From a virus: DNA of 43,070 nt. Position 1 is the first letter of the stretch, and every line of letters begins with the position of its first letter. The notes under the pieces are model-generated. The model did no database searches. It was not told the DNA's origin and worked only from the letters and a program-made list of their open reading frames with translations. Made by a program: the position numbers and the translations under genes. Positions 1-8,447 of this stretch are shown here, in pieces. The DNA is taken from positions 1-43,070 of IMG/VR virus record IMGVR_UViG_3300045988_050530; one strand, given 5' to 3'.

Positions 1-55
1 GGCGCTAATGACCGAGACGGCAAAGGCGCTAATGACCGAGACGGCAAAGGCGCTA
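1..55 (+). repeat. 24-bp tandem repeat ATGACCGAGACGGCAAAGGCGCTA (two full units plus 7-nt partial), continuation of the repeat at 42992-43070
   Basis: Direct reading: units at 8-31 and 32-55. nt 1-7 are the end of a further unit. Confidence 0.95.
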
Positions 56-397
56 TATAGCTTTTATTCCGGGTTCGATCTTGACGCATACCCAGAAAGC
101 AATGTGCCAGAGAACGCGAAACTCCCGTATATCACCTACACCGTCATTGAGCCGGACTGGCGAAACGCTGCGAGCCATCAGGCGCGCGTGTGGTATCGGT
201 CGGAGAGCTACAAAGGCATATGCGCCAAGGTTGACGAGATCACAAGGGCGGTGGGTGAGCTGCTCATGCTTCCGACGGCGAACGGCTATGTCGCCATTCG
301 CCCCGCTGACCCGTTGGTGCAGTATCAGCCCATCGCAAACCCGGAGATCAAAGTCGCGTATCTCAATTTTCAAATCAATTCGTATCAATCGAGGTGA
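8..397 (+). CDS. Tail completion / tail-terminator-like protein, 3' part (gene begins at 42992 and crosses the contig junction)
   Basis: ORF is in frame with 42992-43070 through the MTETAKAL repeat. It sits between the head-closure gene and the major tail gene, the gp17 position in SPP1-like gene order. Confidence 0.6.
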   Translation: MTETAKALMTETAKALYSFYSGFDLDAYPESNVPENAKLPYITYTVIEPDWRNAASHQARVWYRSESYKGICAKVDEITRAVGELLMLPTANGYVAIRPADPLVQYQPIANPEIKVAYLNFQINSYQSR

Positions 398-402
398 TAT
401 AA

Positions 403-1029
403 ATGGGCAAACCTGTTACGGCTGTCAGACCGCAGACGTTCGAGCGGTTGCAGCTCAACGCGGGCGCTTTTCTCAAAAATTTTGACCTGAGTACCTACAC
501 CGAATACAGCACGCTCGAAGAAGCGCTTTTCGCCGCCATTAAGGACGGCACAAAGACGCTGGGCGCGACGCGAGGCGGCGGCACGTTTACCGCGTCTCCG
601 ACCATGCGCAGCATCGAAGCGGACGGCAAGCGGTATGAGTTCAGGGGCAGCACGGTCATTGATGCTTGGGATATCAAGCTGACCGCGACGCTTATGGAGA
701 TCACGCCGGATAACTTCACGCTTGCGCTTGGCACGGCTGAGAAGACCGAGGACAAGTCTTTTACGACTGGCAAAAAGACCACAATCAAGCTGAGAACCAA
801 TATCGAGGACGGCGACTATATCCAGAACCTCGTCTGGTTTGGCAACACGTCCAAGGGATTTGTCGCCATCGCGCTTGACAACGCGCTGAACAACACGGGC
901 GTGACGTTGACTTTCAGCGACAAGGGCGAGGGAACGCTCCCGGTCGAGTTCCACGCTTATCAGGACACCGTGGAGAATAACGATTACGCGCCTTGCGCGA
1001 TCTACTTTTTTGACGAAGCGGCGCAGTAA
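403..1029 (+). CDS. Major tail protein
   Basis: 208-aa ORF 5 nt after the preceding stop. It lies directly upstream of the chaperone pair and tape measure gene. Assignment is by position and size. Confidence 0.75.
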   Translation: MGKPVTAVRPQTFERLQLNAGAFLKNFDLSTYTEYSTLEEALFAAIKDGTKTLGATRGGGTFTASPTMRSIEADGKRYEFRGSTVIDAWDIKLTATLMEITPDNFTLALGTAEKTEDKSFTTGKKTTIKLRTNIEDGDYIQNLVWFGNTSKGFVAIALDNALNNTGVTLTFSDKGEGTLPVEFHAYQDTVENNDYAPCAIYFFDEAAQ

Positions 1030-1080
1030 CAACACGCCGGGGGCTTTGCCTTCGGCGCTTTTCTTTTTTGAGGTGATGAG

Positions 1081-1446
1081 ATGAAACTTTCGGAAATGAA
1101 CGGCGAAGAGCTGTCTGTCTGTCTTTGCAAAATCGCAGAACCGCTTGAGAGAATCGGCTTTGACAAGAAGACGACAGAAACCTTTCAGGAAATCGCCGAT
1201 TTGAGCAAAAGCGGCATGAACAACATCCAGCAGACATCCATGATGATTGGCAAGTTCATTCCGCTGCTGCTGGGCGATCATCGGGAGGACACGTTCGCGA
1301 TTCTGGCGGCAATCAACGGCAAAACCGTTGAGGAAATCCGCAGTCAGAATGGCATGCAGACCATCAAGGAACTGAAAAACGCGCTCGCAGACCCCGACCT
1401 GATGGATTTTTTTACATCGTCCGTGCGTACGGTCGAAAAGCCGTAA
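1081..1446 (+). CDS. Tail assembly chaperone (gpG-like)
   Basis: 121-aa acidic ORF between the major tail and tape measure genes. It contains a T7 slippery run near its 3' end, with an overlapping -1 frame open to 1706. Confidence 0.8.
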   Translation: MKLSEMNGEELSVCLCKIAEPLERIGFDKKTTETFQEIADLSKSGMNNIQQTSMMIGKFIPLLLGDHREDTFAILAAINGKTVEEIRSQNGMQTIKELKNALADPDLMDFFTSSVRTVEKP

Positions 1447-1706
1447 CGGCGGCGATTTACAGGCACGGAGCACCGCCGACAATCGCGGCACTCTCTGACC
1501 TTTTGGCAGATGATCGTCAAAAATGGCTGGGCGACGTGTACAGCGCGAAGATGCTTTCCGTCATCTGTCAGGCGATGGGGAGCGAACCTGCGAGCTATGA
1601 AGAGTTTGTCGGGCTGGTGGAACAGGACAATCGAACAGGGCGGGAGATCATCAATGACCTGCTCGAAGAATACGAAAGAAGGAAAAAAGCAAGAGGGGAG
1701 GGGTAA
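1081..1706 (+). CDS. Tail assembly chaperone G-T fusion made by -1 programmed frameshift at 1407-1413
   Basis: The -1 frame is open from 1332 to 1706. A slip on T TTT TTT gives ...DLMDFF|YIVRAYGRKAV...EEYERRKKARGEG. The extension ends 3 nt before the tape measure start. Confidence 0.7.
1407..1413 (+). promoter_or_regulatory. -1 ribosomal frameshift slippery heptamer U UUU UUU
   Basis: Seven consecutive T read as GA[T TTT TTT] in the gpG frame, an X_XXY_YYZ type site. The -1 frame is open on both sides. Confidence 0.7.
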
Positions 1707-1709
1707 AGC

Positions 1710-3506
1710 ATGGATTTGTTTACGCTTGTAGCCAAGATCGGCCTTGATTCAAAAGAATACGAGCAGGGCATCAAGGGCGCAAAGCAGGGCTTTGAAAAGC
1801 TCGATACGTGGATGGTTGCGAAGGCGCAGCTGATTGCAGACGGCGTAAAGCGAGCATTTTCGACGATTGCGGACTTTGCAAAGGATGCGGTCACAGCCGC
1901 CGCCGACGTGGCGGCAGAAAAGGCGCAATTTGCGGCGACGTTTGAAGGTATCGAGGAAGCCGCGAACGGCGTTCTCGCCAGCGTCAGCAATGACACAGGC
2001 ATTCTTGCAACGCGCTTGCAGCAGGTCGGCACCAAGGCGTTCAGCCAGTTCAAGGGTGCAGGCATTGACGCGGCGGGGGCGCTCTCGATGATGGATGAGT
2101 ATACCCGCATCGCGGCTGACGCGGCGGCATACTACGACATCAGCCTTGAGGACGCAGACGTGCGCTTGCGCTCTTTCCTGCGCGGCAATACCGAGGCGGG
2201 CGACGCGATCGGCCTTTTTACGTCGGAAAGCCAGCGAAACTCTAAGGCCGTCGAGCTGTACGGCACGAAATGGACGAATCTGACCGAAGCGCAGAAACAG
2301 AATCTCATGCTCAACGTTGCGCAAGAAATCTATGACCAGAGCGGCGCAACCGGGCAAGCAGCGCGTGAAATGGACGGCTGGGTGAACGTCGTCGGAAACT
2401 TGCAGCGCGTTTGGAAGGATGTTCTGGCTGTTATTGGCGCCCCGTTTTACGAATCGCTAACGCCAGTCGTGAAAAAGCTGAGCGAGTTTCTGTCTGACGA
2501 AACCGTGCAGATGCGTCTTGGCATGCTTGCGTCAAGCCTCGGCGATATGGCCGGATATGTCTTTGACGGCGTTATTGATCTGCTGGATAAGATTCTGGCG
2601 TGGAGCAGCGGCGAAGAAGAGCCGAGCGACACCGCACAGGCGCTCTTTGATATTGCCAGCTCATTCGGCAACATTGCAGGTATGATCTTCACGGGCGTTG
2701 TAGACTTCTTGACGCTGCTCTTCAACGGCTTTGACAAGGAGACAGCCGAAAACGTAGAGGGATTTCTAGAGGATTTCAGCGCCTTTGTTGATGATCCTCT
2801 TTTTCAAACGGCGGGGACTGTTCTTGGCGGCATTGTTACCGCGTGGATTGCCATGAAATCGCCTCTTCTGCTCGTTTCCGGCGTTCTTGCGTTGATTATC
2901 ACGCACTGGGAAGATATCAAGCGATGGGCGGACAAGGCGAAAACAGCGTTTACAAACTTTATTAACACGCACGTCCCGGAGGGATTTATGAGCGGCGTGA
3001 CAGCGGCGCTTGAAACAGTCGCAGGTCTTGTCTCTGGCATTCAATCCGCGTGGAGTGCGTTTGTCAATAGCCTTAATTCCACAAACGCCGAAAAGAGCAT
3101 TAAATCCATCCAAGAGGGCTGGGAGAGCGGCGGCGTTGCTGGCGCGGCCTCTGCCGCGTGGGATTCCGCGTGGATTAACCCGTCGAACTGGGGAAAGGAT
3201 AAGAACTACGGTGCAGGGCGCAGCTTTGCGACCGGCCTTGACTATGTGCCATATGACAACTTTGTCGCCAAGCTCCACGCCGGAGAAACCGTCCTGAACC
3301 GCGCAGATGCGACGGCCTACCGCGCCGGAAACGTCGGCGGTATCAGCGCGGAGAGCATCAGCCAAGCCGTCGCTGTCGCTGTACGCGAAGCGCTTGACGG
3401 CGTGGGCGTGTACATGGGCGCGGATAGAGTGGGCGATCTTGTGACGCAGCGCGTGAGCCGCAACATCGCAAAGGGTGCAAGAGCTATGAGGTATGCAAAC
3501 GTATGA
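1710..3506 (+). CDS. Tape measure protein
   Basis: 598 aa, the longest tail ORF. It is Ala-rich and helical with a hydrophobic central segment (GGIVTAWIAMKSPLLLVSGVLALII). It directly follows the G/G-T pair. Confidence 0.85.
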   Translation: MDLFTLVAKIGLDSKEYEQGIKGAKQGFEKLDTWMVAKAQLIADGVKRAFSTIADFAKDAVTAAADVAAEKAQFAATFEGIEEAANGVLASVSNDTGILATRLQQVGTKAFSQFKGAGIDAAGALSMMDEYTRIAADAAAYYDISLEDADVRLRSFLRGNTEAGDAIGLFTSESQRNSKAVELYGTKWTNLTEAQKQNLMLNVAQEIYDQSGATGQAAREMDGWVNVVGNLQRVWKDVLAVIGAPFYESLTPVVKKLSEFLSDETVQMRLGMLASSLGDMAGYVFDGVIDLLDKILAWSSGEEEPSDTAQALFDIASSFGNIAGMIFTGVVDFLTLLFNGFDKETAENVEGFLEDFSAFVDDPLFQTAGTVLGGIVTAWIAMKSPLLLVSGVLALIITHWEDIKRWADKAKTAFTNFINTHVPEGFMSGVTAALETVAGLVSGIQSAWSAFVNSLNSTNAEKSIKSIQEGWESGGVAGAASAAWDSAWINPSNWGKDKNYGAGRSFATGLDYVPYDNFVAKLHAGETVLNRADATAYRAGNVGGISAESISQAVAVAVREALDGVGVYMGADRVGDLVTQRVSRNIAKGARAMRYANV

Positions 3507-4273
3507 TGACGAGATACGCCTGCCGGTTGAACGGCATTGATCTGTCGAGCATCGACCCGGCAATCTATGTGCTTGACGTGAGCACCGTTTCGCCCGTGCG
3601 CGATCTTGTGACGACACCACTTGCAGGGAGAAACGGACAGCGAATCACGAAGCGCACGACGAACAGCCTGAGCGTCGAGGTAAAATTTGAAATCCACGAG
3701 CAGAACACCGTTCGCCGCGCCCTCATCGCGGAGAAAGTGACGGAGTGGGCGATCCTCGGCGGCGTTCTGACGACGAATGACCGACCCGAAAGGCGGCTGC
3801 ACGTCATCTGCGAGACGTTGCCGAACTTCTCCGCTCTGCGCTGGACAAACAGCCTGACGGCGACGTTCACGGCTTTTGAAATCCCATTCTGGGAGAGCGA
3901 ATACCCGCGAAACGCGACGGTTGACGGGAACGGCGAAGCTCAAATGATTGCGCCGGGCTTTGCGGACGATTCCCGCGTGTGGGCAAGCGTGACCAATGCC
4001 GGAACGGACGCGATCACGACCGTAGACCTGACAGCCGGACAAACCGCGCTGCACTTCTCCGGGCTTGCGCTCCCTTCCGGATCGGCGCTGGAAGTCGGAA
4101 CGGACGAGCACGGCGTTTTTTACGCGCGAATCGGAAACGAAAGTGTACTGAGCAAGCGGACGGCAGAATCAAGCGACGAGCTACGGCTTGAAGCCGGGAA
4201 GTTTGGCAAGCTGTCTGTCTCCACAGATGGAAAAGCGAAGACGAGATTCGGCGTGAGGGGGTATTACACATGA
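3503..4273 (+). CDS. Distal tail protein (Dit-like)
   Basis: ATGA overlap with the tape measure stop. 256 aa, in the canonical position after the TMP. Confidence 0.7.
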   Translation: MMTRYACRLNGIDLSSIDPAIYVLDVSTVSPVRDLVTTPLAGRNGQRITKRTTNSLSVEVKFEIHEQNTVRRALIAEKVTEWAILGGVLTTNDRPERRLHVICETLPNFSALRWTNSLTATFTAFEIPFWESEYPRNATVDGNGEAQMIAPGFADDSRVWASVTNAGTDAITTVDLTAGQTALHFSGLALPSGSALEVGTDEHGVFYARIGNESVLSKRTAESSDELRLEAGKFGKLSVSTDGKAKTRFGVRGYYT

Positions 4274-6051
4274 GCGTAAGGCTTCCGCGTCTGCTTGACG
4301 CGCAGCTCCGCGAGGTGTGCCGCCTCCATCCCGTTACGCTGTCCATCAACGAGCGGCTTGTACCGCCGCATGATGCTTCCATGACGCTTCCTCCGGGCGA
4401 GGGAGCGCCTTTCCACGCATTGGTAGAGCTTTATACCATCGACGGCAGTGCGGGCTTCTACCGAGTTTCTGGCGCGTCTGAGTGCTATGTCATCACAGGA
4501 GACGTTGACCTAGAGCACAGCGCGGCGATTCTCGGCGATGCGATCATTCCCGGCGAGGGGAAGTACAGCGGAACATGCGCCGAAGTGCTGACGGCGATGC
4601 TGGCAAACCAGACGACGCTTATAAACGGTCAAAAGCCTTGGGTTCTAGGCACTTGTGCGAAAAGTGCAAGCATCGAATATGAGTATGACTGCAACAACAT
4701 CCTGTCTGCTATGACGGAAGTGGTCGGCGACGAGAAAGACGGCTACGCGCTCGAATTTGACGATACGCACGGTTTCCCGTGGCGGGTGAACGTTGTACCG
4801 GTCGAAACGACCGCGAGTTGCGAGGGGCGACTAAGCCGAAACCTCGAAAGCGTCAGCATCTCGATATCCGATGACGAGTTCTGCACGCGGATTTACTGCA
4901 AAAATCTCCCAGAACCGCACTACATTGACAGCTCGACCGTCAGCGTGTGGGGCATCATTACGAAGACGATCACCGCCGGAGAGGGCGTGACCGCTGAGAG
5001 CTTGAAAAGCTACATCACGCGATACCTCGAAGACCACAAAAACCCGCGAATCAGCATTGAGATCAACGGCGTTGATTTGGCGACCGCGACCGGGGAAAGC
5101 CTCGATTCCTTCCGAACCGGGCGACTTTTCCGGCTTGCGCTCCCTGATTACGACGTGAAGATGGAAGAGCGAATCCTTGTGCGCAGCATCACCGACGTTT
5201 ACGGTGACCCGCGCGGCGTAAGGCTGACGCTTGCAAGCAACATCCGCGACACGGCGGAAGACCTCGTGCGGCTGGACAACACCGTTACAGGCGGATCGTC
5301 GCAGAACAGCACCAAAAAGTATATCGGCGGCGGAACATCCAAAGGAACGGGGCTTTCGCAAACATCCGTGCTCGATATGCTTAAAAAGACAGATTCTTTC
5401 ACCAGCGCAACGGAGGCGTGGGTTAAAGAAGCGGGCGTGAAGATTGAGGCGAATCACGCCGATCTATACGCGACGAAGCAAGCGATCACGGGAAATTGGG
5501 CGGGAGACGTTGAGACGATTAACGCCTTGATTACCGCATCGAGTGACAACGGCGGTCTTGTATCAATGCTTGTCGGTCGGCACAACAAGATTGAGGACGT
5601 GAACGCCGCCATCTCTGCGACTGCCGCTGGTGGTGGTCTGGTTACGATAAAGGCAGACAACAAAACCGTTACCGATCTAGGCGAGCGCGTCTCAAGTGCG
5701 GAAATCAACATTAGCGCGGCAGAAAGCAAAATCGAGCTGAAGGCGGACAAGATCGCGCTGGATGGATATGTTACGATGTCCAAATTTAATGCGGAGATTG
5801 CAGAAATCAAAATCACCGACAGCTCATACGTGACAACAGCGGCACTGAATACTAAATCCTTGAGCGCTAACTATGCGGAGATTAGCAGCATCAATATTGG
5901 AGGAAAACAGGCGCGCTGGGAAAGCGTGACCGTTGTAACCGGCGTGACAAGAAAAAAACGGTATGCAATGGCTCCGTCAGGCACAACAAACATGGAGTTT
6001 TACGAGTGCGCCAGCGTAAGCACTGACACATTCACACTTTTGATGGCATAG
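4270..6051 (+). CDS. Tail-associated protein (Tal / prophage-tail endopeptidase-type baseplate hub) with C-terminal coiled-coil extension
   Basis: ATGA overlap with Dit. 593 aa, in the canonical third position after the TMP. Confidence 0.7.
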   Translation: MSVRLPRLLDAQLREVCRLHPVTLSINERLVPPHDASMTLPPGEGAPFHALVELYTIDGSAGFYRVSGASECYVITGDVDLEHSAAILGDAIIPGEGKYSGTCAEVLTAMLANQTTLINGQKPWVLGTCAKSASIEYEYDCNNILSAMTEVVGDEKDGYALEFDDTHGFPWRVNVVPVETTASCEGRLSRNLESVSISISDDEFCTRIYCKNLPEPHYIDSSTVSVWGIITKTITAGEGVTAESLKSYITRYLEDHKNPRISIEINGVDLATATGESLDSFRTGRLFRLALPDYDVKMEERILVRSITDVYGDPRGVRLTLASNIRDTAEDLVRLDNTVTGGSSQNSTKKYIGGGTSKGTGLSQTSVLDMLKKTDSFTSATEAWVKEAGVKIEANHADLYATKQAITGNWAGDVETINALITASSDNGGLVSMLVGRHNKIEDVNAAISATAAGGGLVTIKADNKTVTDLGERVSSAEINISAAESKIELKADKIALDGYVTMSKFNAEIAEIKITDSSYVTTAALNTKSLSANYAEISSINIGGKQARWESVTVVTGVTRKKRYAMAPSGTTNMEFYECASVSTDTFTLLMA

Positions 6052-6059
6052 GAGGAAAC

Positions 6060-6242
6060 ATGAAAATCAACATACTTCTCCGCAACGTGAACGCGGCGCT
6101 TGCCCGTGTCCATGTGCTTGGTGCTGACGCTGAATTGCTTGCAGGAGCGATGCGCTCAATCAATAATTGTGTTGACGCGATTGAAAAGGCTCAGAAGGAG
6201 GAAGAAAATGAAAATCACGACGAGCAAGGGCAAGACGCTTGA
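6060..6242 (+). CDS. Hypothetical small protein
   Basis: ORF with GGAGG RBS 5-6 nt upstream. Tightly packed in the tail operon. Confidence 0.5.
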   Translation: MKINILLRNVNAALARVHVLGADAELLAGAMRSINNCVDAIEKAQKEEENENHDEQGQDA

Positions 6243-6471
6243 TGTAAACTGGGCGTTCGGCCCGACTGACGAATCTGGAAGTCTGATGATCGAACTCGCC
6301 GATAATCGTCTCCTGTCGGAAATCGCCGCCGACTTTGAAGAAAACGGCAAAATCGAAAAAACGGACGAGACAAAACCCGGTGTAACTGAAACCTATGAAG
6401 GATTTATCGAACTTGCAGCCATCCAGCGCAACAAAAACGGCAGCGTGCTTGTGAAGCTGGTAAAGGAGTGA
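6208..6471 (+). CDS. Hypothetical protein (tail module)
   Basis: ATG 6208 is preceded by AAGGAGG (6195-6201). I trimmed the longer track ORF (6100..6471) to this start. Confidence 0.55.
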   Translation: MKITTSKGKTLDVNWAFGPTDESGSLMIELADNRLLSEIAADFEENGKIEKTDETKPGVTETYEGFIELAAIQRNKNGSVLVKLVKE

Positions 6472-6477
6472 TGACCC

Positions 6478-7857
6478 TTGAATCTCGGCGTATTCAAGCG
6501 CAGAATTGACGTTGACGCTGAAATCCAGATGACCCCGCTAAAGTCGCTGTATGCGTCAGGCGACAAGAACGCGCATATCTTCGAGCTTTCTCTCTATCGA
6601 GGCGCTGAAGAAATGGACTTGAGCGGTGCAAGCGCTCAGGGCTATTTTATCCGCGCAGACGGGTGTACCGTTCCCATTGCGGGAACGATCAGCGGCAATA
6701 TTGTGACCCTCACGATTACGGAGGGCTGCTATTACGTCGTCGGCAACTTCAACCTTATCATTAAGGTTTCCATCGGCGAAAGCCGAAAGTCTGTATTTTG
6801 GGGAAACGGCTACGTCGTGCGCAGCATGACGGACGCGATTGTCGATGAGGAAAACGTTATTCCGTCGCTTGATGAGCTTCTGGCGCAGATTTCCGCCGCA
6901 GAATCGGCGGCGAAGGCCGCGAATCAAGCTGCATCGGCAGCAAACTCCGCAGCAACCAGCGCAAGGCAAGCGGCAAGCGCGGCTAACACGAACGCATCAG
7001 CGGCAAATAGCGCGGCAAATGCGGCCACATCCGCAGCTTCCGCAGCATCAGCAGCCGCAACGAAGATCGACGACATGACCATCACGGCGACCGGCCTTGC
7101 GGCGGGCGCTGCACCGACGGCAGAGCTGACCGAGGTGGGCGGGCACTACAATATCGCGCTCGGCCTGTCGAAAGGCGATAAAGGCGATCCGGGCGCAACC
7201 CCTCAGATCACGGTGCAAGTCAAGACCGGCGAACCGGGCACGGCGGCGAGCGTCAAACAGACCGGCACGGCGGAAGCGCCGGTGATCGAGCTGACGATCC
7301 CGCGCGGCGACACGGGGAACATCGGGAGCCTGACGATCAACGGAAAGGCACCGGACGAGGCGGGGAAAGTGACGTTGACCGCAGCGGACGTTGGGGCGCG
7401 TGCTGACGACTGGATGCCGACGGCGGCGGATGTGGGGGCGCTCTCCGGCACGGACGCGACGCTGACGCAGGCGGGAAAGGCTGCGGACGCAAAGGCGACG
7501 GGGGATGAGCTTAGTCAGCTAAAGACCGATGTTGACGCTAAAATCAATCAATCTGACGCGCTGACATTAGAAGAGATTATGGCGAGCACGGACTTGTCTA
7601 AAAAAGTAGCTAGTGCGGAAGCTGTCAAAACCATTAAGAACGACATTACATCATTGAAACAAGGAGGTTTTTACACCGAAAAAAATAAGGGGAATACAAT
7701 GCCTGCTGACTATGGTGGGTTTATCCGTATTACCGGAAGCAGTTGGCCGGGAAGTTTTGTCAGCGATACTTACTATTTGGGCGTTGCTTCTGATGGAACA
7801 GCATACTCGGGAGCGCAGATAAATGGCAATAAACAAGTCACTTGGAAAACGCTGTAA
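6478..7857 (+). CDS. Baseplate upper protein / tail fibre (BppU-like N-domain, Ala-rich coiled coil, distal domain)
   Basis: TTG start 9 nt after AAGGAG. The N-terminal beta-domain pattern resembles BppU_N. A long A/S/N-rich helical stretch (AAESAAKAANQAASAANSAATSARQAASAAN...) follows. The last ~350 nt are AT-richer. Confidence 0.7.
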   Translation: MNLGVFKRRIDVDAEIQMTPLKSLYASGDKNAHIFELSLYRGAEEMDLSGASAQGYFIRADGCTVPIAGTISGNIVTLTITEGCYYVVGNFNLIIKVSIGESRKSVFWGNGYVVRSMTDAIVDEENVIPSLDELLAQISAAESAAKAANQAASAANSAATSARQAASAANTNASAANSAANAATSAASAASAAATKIDDMTITATGLAAGAAPTAELTEVGGHYNIALGLSKGDKGDPGATPQITVQVKTGEPGTAASVKQTGTAEAPVIELTIPRGDTGNIGSLTINGKAPDEAGKVTLTAADVGARADDWMPTAADVGALSGTDATLTQAGKAADAKATGDELSQLKTDVDAKINQSDALTLEEIMASTDLSKKVASAEAVKTIKNDITSLKQGGFYTEKNKGNTMPADYGGFIRITGSSWPGSFVSDTYYLGVASDGTAYSGAQINGNKQVTWKTL

Positions 7858-7866
7858 GTGGGGATA

Positions 7867-8223
7867 ATGATGATTAAAATCAAGATAAACACCTCGGATG
7901 AAATCCGGGAAGTAACGTTTTCGCGACACAGTGAGCATGTTATTGAGCTTGGTGGTATCGCCGACGCTCCAACAACAGGCTTTACGACGTGGCGCATGGA
8001 CGGCGTGACCCAGCTCGGCGATTTCAGCGGCTACACGACCGTTTACCGCACCCTTGACAACGCGGTGCAGCTCTCCGACGACGGCAGCGTGTACGTCGAG
8101 CCGGAAGTGCCGGAACCGGGAGAACCGAAGCCGACGCAGGAAGAACGCATCAAGACGCTTGAAAACCAGAACGAAACCCTGCTGCAATGCATCCTCGAGA
8201 TGAGCGAGATTGTGTATGCTTAA
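7867..8223 (+). CDS. Hypothetical fibre-associated protein
   Basis: ORF immediately after the fibre gene. ATG 7867 was chosen over GTG 7858. The C-terminal helix (EERIKTLENQNETLLQCILEMSEIVYA) is typical of small post-fibre proteins. Confidence 0.55.
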   Translation: MMIKIKINTSDEIREVTFSRHSEHVIELGGIADAPTTGFTTWRMDGVTQLGDFSGYTTVYRTLDNAVQLSDDGSVYVEPEVPEPGEPKPTQEERIKTLENQNETLLQCILEMSEIVYA

Positions 8224-8266
8224 CATTTTTGGACGGCTCATTATAATGAGCAGAAAGGAAGAAGAT

Positions 8267-8398
8267 ATGATGGCTATGTTATGGGCACAGCAGATTATGC
8301 TTGGCAAGAAGACCTACGCGCAGGTTCCGCGCCTGCTCAAGGAGAAGGTCAGGGAAGTCCTGATTGACAGCGGTTGCGAAGACCTCGTGACGGAGTGA
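8267..8398 (+). CDS. Small XkdX-like post-fibre protein
   Basis: 43 aa (MMAMLWAQQIMLGKKTYAQVPRLLKEKVREVLIDSGCEDLVTE). This pattern is seen downstream of fibre genes in Firmicutes phages. The function call is weak. Confidence 0.45.
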   Translation: MMAMLWAQQIMLGKKTYAQVPRLLKEKVREVLIDSGCEDLVTE

Positions 8399-8447
8399 CA
8401 CAAGAGCGCTACATTGAACTTGAGTTAAACGAAGGGGAGAGAGCGTG

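Noticed and set aside
385-1491. 368-aa minus-strand ORF covering the major tail and chaperone genes
   Set aside because: It is antisense to well-supported, RBS-preceded + strand genes. The translation is Arg/Leu/Ala-rich low complexity, typical of shadow ORFs in GC-rich DNA. It has no RBS and does not fit the operon structure.
1503-1706. Independent 67-aa gene with a TTG start between the chaperone and tape measure genes
   Set aside because: There is no RBS. The frame is open a further 170 nt upstream, back into the gpG gene, and is reached by a -1 slip at the T7 run. It is better explained as the T part of G-T.
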